DNA of 64,000 nucleotides, taken from an uncultured virus (IMG/VR IMGVR_UViG_3300027977_000020) (Duplodnaviria > Heunggongvirae > Uroviricota > Caudoviricetes). Positions 57,793 to 64,000 of this stretch are shown in pieces. The notes under the pieces are model-generated. The model was not told where the DNA came from, did not search any database, and worked only from the letters and a program-made list of their open reading frames with translations. The stretch is taken from the IMG/VR virus record IMGVR_UViG_3300027977_000020, one strand, 5' to 3'. Numbering within the stretch: the stretch's first letter is position 1; every line of letters begins with the position of its first letter. Made by a program: the position numbers and the translations under genes.

Positions 57793-58789
57793 CCTGAAAT
57801 GCTTCGATGAGCACCGTGAGGTTCTTTATCCTCACGTAACATCAACTTAAGGACGTTGATGAGTAGACTATATCATCACCCACAGCAAGAATTATCTTCT
57901 GTTTGGGTGTTCCGCGCTCGTGTCACCTTATCGGCTTCTACAACAAATTTGTTGCGGTCAGCCTCGCTCCACTTTGACTTACCTCGATTAGTTCGAGTGT
58001 CGTAGCGAAGGTCGAACTTGTAGCTCATGGCTTTACATCCGTATGGTTTTAAAGCCTCTACGAACAAACGAGCTTGAGTGCCGTTACCACGAAGATTCCA
58101 TTTATTTGGACTCTTCGTTTTCATCGGCTCTCTCGGAGTTAATGAGGCTCCGGTTAAGCTCTCGATCCAATCGGACACAAATAAAGCTGTGTCATAAGGA
58201 ACGTATAAAGCCAGCTCTACAATACGCTCCCGTACATAAGGTTCTCCTGTTTGCGTGGATTGACCACGCTTGCGAAGATGAAGGTTTCCGTCGTCCATAT
58301 AAAGAACGGCTAATCCCTCTAAGCCAATATCCCGTAGAAAAGAAGGTGTGAGCACCTTTATTCCTTGTGGGTATAGCTCCTTATATAAAGGAAGCAGTAG
58401 CTCTTGTTGATTAGACCACCACTGACAACCAGGAAAACTTCCTGATTGGTTTGTGCATACTCTATCCTTAACTGGCTGTTTTATTCCAAAAATTCTGTTT
58501 AAGCGTCCCACTTTCCAGCGGAGATACTCAAACTGTTTTTTGGAGTGCGTGAGCACGAGATTCGGATAAGTAACTTGATGCCTTAGACATCCGTCACCTA
58601 TACAAACACCTTTAAGGAACGAGCGGTCGCTTCGAGAGAGCATTCGAGCAGTGTTAGTCGTTGAACCTTCCAACCATTTCGGGTTGGCTTGGCTGCTGAT
58701 TGACCTCCCTTACGGGTCCGGCTTTCCAGCAATTCACGGAATTGTTCGACCGAGCTTTCACTCGGAAGTTCCCAGACCTTAGCAGGTCA
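57793..58789 (-). mobile_element. Group I intron (997 nt) in the major capsid gene
   Basis: P AATTGCTGGAAA, Q AATCAGCAG, R GTTCAACGACTA, S GATATAGTCT; P1 with U-G at the 5' splice site; P2 CCGAGT-GAAA-GCTCGG; P9 hairpins; terminal G; splicing restores ...VHDF-S-KQPG. Confidence 0.92.
57876..58643 (-). CDS. Intron-encoded double-motif LAGLIDADG homing endonuclease
   Basis: FLKGVCIGDGCL and GLAVLYMDDGNL motifs; inserted between R and S (P8 region); ATG 58643 preferred because 58673 lies inside the ribozyme core. Confidence 0.88.
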   Translation of the reverse strand: MLSRSDRSFLKGVCIGDGCLRHQVTYPNLVLTHSKKQFEYLRWKVGRLNRIFGIKQPVKDRVCTNQSGSFPGCQWWSNQQELLLPLYKELYPQGIKVLTPSFLRDIGLEGLAVLYMDDGNLHLRKRGQSTQTGEPYVRERIVELALYVPYDTALFVSDWIESLTGASLTPREPMKTKSPNKWNLRGNGTQARLFVEALKPYGCKAMSYKFDLRYDTRTNRGKSKWSEADRNKFVVEADKVTRARNTQTEDNSCCG

Positions 58790-58898
58790 AGAAGTCATGA
58801 ACAACCACAGGTTCCGCAGCCATCTCGACGATGTATGCGGGGTGAGGACGGTAAAGTTCTGCACCAAGAATCTTCGGAAAATCGTTATCGATAAACAT
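58790..58898 (-). CDS. Major capsid protein, exon 1 (not in ORF track)
   Basis: MFIDNDFPKILGAELYRPHPAYIVEMAAEPVVVHDF plus one T (109 nt). Confidence 0.85.
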
Positions 58899-58980
58899 CG
58901 ATAATCCTGAAGAAACTACAAGAGTTATATTAACCTTTTATTTTGCTGATGTAACTAAAACGTGTCGCAATCTTAGTGGT

Positions 58981-59796
58981 TTAACCAGCTACTTTACGGA
59001 TCATATTTCTGACACCTTCACCTAACACACCGTACACAGATCCGTAGTTAGGCACGTATCTTGTCGATTTACCTCGATAGCTAGTACGAGACACAACACT
59101 CATTTGACCCGGCAAATCACTACGAATTGCTTCCGTAAACACTTGACAATATACAGGAGGACTATAAACCCACGCAGCGCGAGAACCTGATGTGTCGTTC
59201 GTTGGGTTTGTTAAAGCAGGATAACGAACGCGTTGAAAAGATCCGGGACCGCCTGTGATCCCGTTACCTACAAAAGCACCTAAATCTGAATCGTATTCGT
59301 ACGGAGTATTACTGTTCGGCGTTTTAAAAGGATCATAATTTTGGTTGTCAGGAACACTAGCTCCAAACCACGTATAGGTACCAAAATCTTTTAGCCCAGG
59401 TTGAGGACCTAAAGCTGTTTGGACAGTGCGACCAGCAACGCTGTACCTACCTTGAGCCCTAAAGCCAACATAGGTGTCTAATAAACCGGAAGCGTGAGGC
59501 AGTGTATTTTCATAATTAGTCCAGTAACCAGAAATAGCAGGTGGTACTGCCCTCCACTCCGTATTCAAGTACCCACTTATGTTTGGTGGCCCCACGGGGA
59601 TTAAACCAAAGTCAGCGCCTTCAAGATCTACACCAAACCATGTCTGCTGAACCCCACTAGGCAGCATGTAACCACTTGATAGTACTTTATATGTATCAGT
59701 TAAGTTTAAGTTATCCCCTGTACGCTGTGGTCCCGATTGTATTCGGTGATAAAGACTATTATCATAACGCCAGTTTGTTAAAGGAGTGTAAACCAT
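58981..59796 (-). CDS. Hypothetical protein, probably structural
   Basis: 271-aa ORF between capsid and scaffold-like genes; several SG motifs. Confidence 0.7.
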   Translation of the reverse strand: MVYTPLTNWRYDNSLYHRIQSGPQRTGDNLNLTDTYKVLSSGYMLPSGVQQTWFGVDLEGADFGLIPVGPPNISGYLNTEWRAVPPAISGYWTNYENTLPHASGLLDTYVGFRAQGRYSVAGRTVQTALGPQPGLKDFGTYTWFGASVPDNQNYDPFKTPNSNTPYEYDSDLGAFVGNGITGGPGSFQRVRYPALTNPTNDTSGSRAAWVYSPPVYCQVFTEAIRSDLPGQMSVVSRTSYRGKSTRYVPNYGSVYGVLGEGVRNMIRKVAG

Positions 59797-59858
59797 GTTG
59801 TTTTAGCGTATAAATTAATTCTACTCCTCTACAATCTGTAAAGAAGTTATCTCTCCCA

Positions 59859-60221
59859 ATGGTCAATGCAGAAAAATTTCTAACAATATTTTTTGAAGAC
59901 CCAGAAGCTTCGATAGCCTGTTTTTCGGGTTCTTTAACGGATTCTCTCGTGCACCCACAAAAGCGATCCAAACTTGTTGTGTACCTTGTTAAAACAACTG
60001 TTGTCGGATTATTTCTAGCTACATTTATTAGTCCAGTTTTTCACGATAAATTTAAATTAACAAAAAATGAAGCCATCGCGGCCTCTTTTATCTGCGGTTA
60101 TGCCGGAATTCGTATGCTTAACGCAGCTGAAAAATACTTTGAATACGAAATCCAAAAAAGATTACGTAAGCTTCAGCTAAGCTCCACGGAGCCTTCAAAA
60201 TCAGACGACAGCTCAACTTGA
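59859..60221 (+). CDS. Holin-like membrane protein
   Basis: 2-3 hydrophobic segments, ASFICGYAG, charged C-terminus. Confidence 0.6.
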   Translation: MVNAEKFLTIFFEDPEASIACFSGSLTDSLVHPQKRSKLVVYLVKTTVVGLFLATFISPVFHDKFKLTKNEAIAASFICGYAGIRMLNAAEKYFEYEIQKRLRKLQLSSTEPSKSDDSST

Positions 60222-60337
60222 GCTTGGGGTGCAGGAGGAAGCACAGGAGTGACAACCTCAAGGGGTTGATTAACAACAACCTCTTGAACTTCTTTTTCTA
60301 AACTTGGCTTACGACGCAAGGTTCCTAGAGCTCTCAT
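60173..60337 (-). CDS. 54-aa hypothetical protein (not in ORF track)
   Basis: MRALGTLRRKPSLEKEVQEVVVNQP... Confidence 0.5.
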   Translation of the reverse strand: MRALGTLRRKPSLEKEVQEVVVNQPLEVVTPVLPPAPQAQVELSSDFEGSVELS

Positions 60338-60366
60338 AATTAATCAGTTGGTACTTGTACATTAGC

Positions 60367-60395
60367 AAAAAAAAGCTCCCCCGTTTCCGAGGGAG
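60367..60395 (-). terminator. Intrinsic terminator after the scaffold-like gene
   Basis: CTCCCTCG-GAAA-CGGGGGAG followed by C and T8 on the minus strand. Confidence 0.8.
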
Positions 60396-60418
60396 ACAAT
60401 TTCGACCATCTAACGTTA

Positions 60419-61336
60419 CTAAGAAGCATCCATGAACAGGAGCTTGCTGCGAAGAGCTTCGGGCCCAATCTGACTGAGATAACGCCAGGCGTTCTCTGGG
60501 CTGCGATTCATCACGTCACCAAAAGTCTCCCACTGTTGTTGAGGAGCTGGTGCCTGAGTAGACCCACCGGCATTAGCAGGGGGTGCGGGCATATCGTACC
60601 TGGGCTGATAAGCCTGGGGAGCTTGTTGACCTTGTCCGGGAGAGTCAATGTCCACAGGATAGACTTCAGTGAAGAAGCGGTCAGTATAGTTGGCTAAGTG
60701 ATCGGGATTGGTCAAGATAGTCTCCATAGCGTCGTGACGCAGTGCGAGATTATCCATACGACCCGCCTGATCCATCAGCATGTCCTCAAGAGCACAAGAG
60801 TACTGATTGAGAATGCCTGGAGCCTCGATACCGAAGTGGTTAACTACGGCGTGAGTTGCGGGGCTTAGACCGTGTGGGCCGCTTTGTGGGGCCGTAGAAG
60901 TCTGCGAGGAAACCTGGGTCGGTGAGACGCTGGTAGGCAAGGTCTGCGCTACCTGCTGTGCCTGGTAAGCCCAAGGTTGGACCTGTGAAGCCAGATTGCT
61001 CTGTTGAGTAACCTGCGGCTGTGCCACCTGGTAAGGCGACGGTTGAGCCTGGCTGGGGTACGGCGGGTTGATCTGCGTAAGCACCCGCTCCAGTGAACCC
61101 ATCGCTGCTTCCCACGGATTGTTGGGGGAGGACGGCGACGTTAACTGGTTGTACTGGCTGTTGGTAGTAGGCCCCGTAGTCGGTATTCCCGGCGACGGCA
61201 ATTGGGCTGTAGCTGCCGAAGCTACCGCCGGGGTAGGCGTTTGGGTTACCCACTGGGGGTAAGCGGTTGAGCCCTGGTCCGAGGCTACTGCCTGGGAGAC
61301 CGGGCTCGGGGTCGAAGCTTGGATCTGCTGGCTCAT
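60419..61336 (-). CDS. Putative scaffolding protein
   Basis: Q/P/S-rich N-terminal half, helical C-terminal half; lies between portal-like and capsid genes. Confidence 0.65.
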   Translation of the reverse strand: MSQQIQASTPSPVSQAVASDQGSTAYPQWVTQTPTPAVASAATAQLPSPGIPTTGPTTNSQYNQLTSPSSPNNPWEAAMGSLERVLTQINPPYPSQAQPSPYQVAQPQVTQQSNLASQVQPWAYQAQQVAQTLPTSVSPTQVSSQTSTAPQSGPHGLSPATHAVVNHFGIEAPGILNQYSCALEDMLMDQAGRMDNLALRHDAMETILTNPDHLANYTDRFFTEVYPVDIDSPGQGQQAPQAYQPRYDMPAPPANAGGSTQAPAPQQQWETFGDVMNRSPENAWRYLSQIGPEALRSKLLFMDAS

Positions 61337-63065
61337 AGCTACCCGAGTAGGTTAGTTCTTCCGCGAGATGGTCGAAAGTTCTATAGATTAGCGGAGTGAT
61401 ATTCAATCTCGGATCAGCTGCAAGCGGTTGGTTAGGCGCAAGCGGATGAGGAGATTGCAACATCTGTTGTAATAATACCAGAAATTGTTGCATAGCTGAC
61501 TGAGTTTGTTGAACCATACGGAAAGGGAAACCCCTCAACATTTCAGCCCGCTCAGCATCAGTTTTTTCTGGAAATAAGAACTTCAACGCTTCTATACTAT
61601 CAACTCCCAGCTCTTGTAGGTTACGAACAACAATAGATTTTTGGTTTACATCGTAAGCCGTATCTTCATAAACATCACCTTGATACCTATAAGTAACTGT
61701 ACGATCACCATCTTCTGGTAACCCAATAACCCCACGAGGTACTTTATTCTCTGCCAGGGCCACCTTCATCACCTGATTTAGCTTCCCTTCAAACTTTACA
61801 TTTGCAATTTGATACTTTTCAATTGCTTCAGGTGTTTGTTCTGTCGGAGGCTTTGGTTCTTTTAAACCCGAAGCAGCTATAAATGACTCTCGAAAAATTA
61901 ATTCTTGGTGATAAATCATCATCTCAAGGAGACGATTAAATCCATACGCAAGAAATGATTTATTTTTTCTTAATGCTGTGGCCTGAGCTCGACCCATCAA
62001 ACCTTTAATTTCAGTCGCAGTGGCACCGGCTGAAATTGAAATCTCATCAACACCACCTAATGCAGTACGTATCTCTTCTCTTAACAACAAAAGATATCTG
62101 CTCATGTCCCCGTTAACGGGGTCAGGTGTCATATAGCCCACACGGTCGGAAGGTTCTACGTTCGCAATAATTCGCGGAACACGCAGGCCACCACCCATCG
62201 AGGCGCCGAAAGGTTCACTTACTCTTGTCGACGGGCTATCGACTCCAGAAAAACCACTCTGACTGCTGATCGTAGGTCTAAAAGTTGACTGACTATCTGA
62301 CGCTTCGACAAGATCACTACGTGGACGCGAACTAATTAGTGTTGGATTACCAAAAAATTCAATGTTCTTAGAAATGTTCCGTGCAAGTTGGTCGTGGAGA
62401 ACAATTTGCTCCATAAAAGGATCAAATTCGCCTTCTCCCTCTGTTCCACTTGCATTTGGTTTGTTTAATACCTCGACAGCTGGTATAAAACCAAGCATGT
62501 TAGGCCTTTTTTTACTTGGAGTTAAAATTGCACCTGGTTCAAGCTCAAAACTTAATTCACTATCAGTTTCGACCTCACTAATCTCTTCAGCTGTAATAGA
62601 AAGTCGAACGTACCGTTTATTTTGCCCGTACGCATTACTAGGTAGACCTAAAGTACTGTTTTTAACTTTATAGCTGTAGATAATGATTACTTCTTCTACT
62701 TCACCGTTTACATCGTGATAAACGCGATATTGATTTTTGTTAAAAAAGTAAATCTGGTATTTTAACTTTGGGTCAGGGCGAAAATAAAAAAGACCAGCAC
62801 CATCAATTAAGAAATTCCTGATAATCGAAGGAAATCGAATATCAATCTTATTCAGCTTTATGACGTTGTCTAAAAACTTTGAACGACTTTTATACGTATC
62901 CTGATCACAGTAGAATGTTACACCCTTCTTAATCATAAGAAGAGTCATCTGCTGTAAATGGCTTAAAACAACCATCGTGGCCGATTGGTTGCTTCGATCC
63001 TGGGTGCGTGAGGCCTCCAGGATCTCATTAAACCGTTTTCTGGTCTCAGTTGAGCTCGCAGACAT
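60840..63065 (-). CDS. Putative portal protein
   Basis: 741 aa; IEFFGNPTL, IRTALGG, SAGATATEIK and G...LLEM segments and position fit a portal. Confidence 0.7.
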   Translation of the reverse strand: MSASSTETRKRFNEILEASRTQDRSNQSATMVVLSHLQQMTLLMIKKGVTFYCDQDTYKSRSKFLDNVIKLNKIDIRFPSIIRNFLIDGAGLFYFRPDPKLKYQIYFFNKNQYRVYHDVNGEVEEVIIIYSYKVKNSTLGLPSNAYGQNKRYVRLSITAEEISEVETDSELSFELEPGAILTPSKKRPNMLGFIPAVEVLNKPNASGTEGEGEFDPFMEQIVLHDQLARNISKNIEFFGNPTLISSRPRSDLVEASDSQSTFRPTISSQSGFSGVDSPSTRVSEPFGASMGGGLRVPRIIANVEPSDRVGYMTPDPVNGDMSRYLLLLREEIRTALGGVDEISISAGATATEIKGLMGRAQATALRKNKSFLAYGFNRLLEMMIYHQELIFRESFIAASGLKEPKPPTEQTPEAIEKYQIANVKFEGKLNQVMKVALAENKVPRGVIGLPEDGDRTVTYRYQGDVYEDTAYDVNQKSIVVRNLQELGVDSIEALKFLFPEKTDAERAEMLRGFPFRMVQQTQSAMQQFLVLLQQMLQSPHPLAPNQPLAADPRLNITPLIYRTFDHLAEELTYSGSYEPADPSFDPEPGLPGSSLGPGLNRLPPVGNPNAYPGGSFGSYSPIAVAGNTDYGAYYQQPVQPVNVAVLPQQSVGSSDGFTGAGAYADQPAVPQPGSTVALPGGTAAGYSTEQSGFTGPTLGLPGTAGSADLAYQRLTDPGFLADFYGPTKRPTRSKPRNSRRS

Positions 63066-63092
63066 TCAAGTTAAGGACAAAACGATTAAAGA

Positions 63093-63239
63093 TTACTTCT
63101 TGGCTGCCATCTGTTTGGCCTTACGGGCTTTTGCTAAAGCCCTTTTACGTGATTCTTCTTTGCCACGGGGTTCACCACCCTTTGATTCTTTGTCCCCTTG
63201 ATTTTTCTCTTGAAACTTTTTCAAGAGCTCAGCGGGCAT
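63093..63239 (-). CDS. 48-aa basic protein (not in ORF track)
   Basis: MPAELLKKFQEK...RKRALAKARKAKQMAAKK. Confidence 0.6.
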   Translation of the reverse strand: MPAELLKKFQEKNQGDKESKGGEPRGKEESRKRALAKARKAKQMAAKK

Positions 63240-63243
63240 TTTA

Positions 63244-64000
63244 TTAGTCATCTGGAAGAAGATACTTTCTGACTCTTTCCAGTGTAACCGCTTCTAGCGG
63301 TAAATTCTCCATTGGAAACGCAGTAAGCATATGATCTTCTCGACCCAACATATCTATATTGCCGGGTACTGCTTCAAATGTCTTACAGGTCTCGACAACA
63401 GTAGGCATATCGGTCTCCCAATGTGCGTAAGATTTAAGTTTTTTAAGTCTCCTTTCAGAGTCACCCATCCAACTTAAATGCCACCCAGCATCACGGTCTC
63501 CTATTACCTTACGTGTAGTCTGACGACGAACATTTGTTATAGATCCTAATGAAGCAAGTCTTCCTGCAGTGCAGATCGTTGCACAATGCCAGTGAAAAAG
63601 CTCACCAAGGGGAGTACAGAGCTGTAAATCTGCCCTCCCGTAGTGCATGGACATATCCAAACCTAAAATTGCATCAGGATTTGCCTCAAGTTCAGTTTTT
63701 ATCTGTTCAAATTTTGCTGGGTTAGGGAGTTCGTCACAGTCAGAACAAATAAAAACAGCATTTTTTGGCATTTCCGAGAGATAAACACCAAGAGCATCGC
63801 GTTGTCCACGCTCACGGACCCAATGATCCGGTTCCTCGTCAACAGGCGGAAGTTTGACGTGGATAACCTCGATCAAATCAGCGGGTAAACCTAACTCCTT
63901 AATGGTTTCGGCACAAGTAAAAGCCTTCGGCTCTCCTCTATGAGTTCGATCCGCATCTGCAATTAAAAAACCATCGACATGATCCTTTAATAAGGAAATG
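63244..64000 (-). CDS. Glycosyltransferase family 17-like (GlcNAc transferase-like), 5' end outside the window
   Basis: Frame open to the window edge (DHVDGFLIADADRTHRG); RERGQRD, SDCDE (DxD), GWHLSWMG and KLKSYAH. Confidence 0.8.
   Translation of the reverse strand, partial: ISLLKDHVDGFLIADADRTHRGEPKAFTCAETIKELGLPADLIEVIHVKLPPVDEEPDHWVRERGQRDALGVYLSEMPKNAVFICSDCDELPNPAKFEQIKTELEANPDAILGLDMSMHYGRADLQLCTPLGELFHWHCATICTAGRLASLGSITNVRRQTTRKVIGDRDAGWHLSWMGDSERRLKKLKSYAHWETDMPTVVETCKTFEAVPGNIDMLGREDHMLTAFPMENLPLEAVTLERVRKYLLPDD

Noticed and set aside
57793..57835. ORF-track start of the capsid protein (MRIKNLTVLIEAFQA)
   Set aside because: These codons are intron P9 sequence, removed by splicing
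58700..58894. 64-aa plus-strand ORF
   Set aside because: Antisense to capsid exon 1 and the intron core

Overview
This 64 kb window is part of a tailed dsDNA phage genome. A cyanobacterial host is inferred from gene content: a MarR-like early regulator, a Gp88-like protein, ThyX, a lysozyme-C39 endolysin, and small proteins resembling cyanophage families. The left end (1-1.25 kb) is non-coding. It holds three palindromic operator-like sites, two sigma70-type promoters and a ~550-600 nt densely structured RNA candidate ending at an intrinsic terminator. The + strand from 1.4 to 24.1 kb carries small early genes, a RavA/ViaA-like AAA-VWA operon, a family A DNA polymerase, an SSB-like protein, a PD-(D/E)XK exonuclease and a primase-SF3 helicase. 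The region from 24 to 64 kb is mostly - strand and carries thyX, lysis, fibre and virion genes, the major capsid gene, scaffold-like and portal-like genes and a GT17 glycosyltransferase, plus a + strand regulatory island at 42.8-45.6 kb. Main findings: (1) the capsid gene is split by a 997-nt group I intron encoding a LAGLIDADG endonuclease; (2) the large structured ncRNA candidate; (3) Ser-Gly dipeptides held in strict heptad register in two length-matched fibre proteins and abundant in other virion proteins, next to a glycosyltransferase (possible virion glycosylation system); (4) an R-hydrophobic-A-G motif shared by otherwise unrelated proteins; (5) two methyltransferase homologues and two HNH homologues that lack their catalytic motifs; (6) a 497-nt same-strand overlap of the portal-like and scaffold-like genes. 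All family assignments come from motif recognition by eye, with no database searches.
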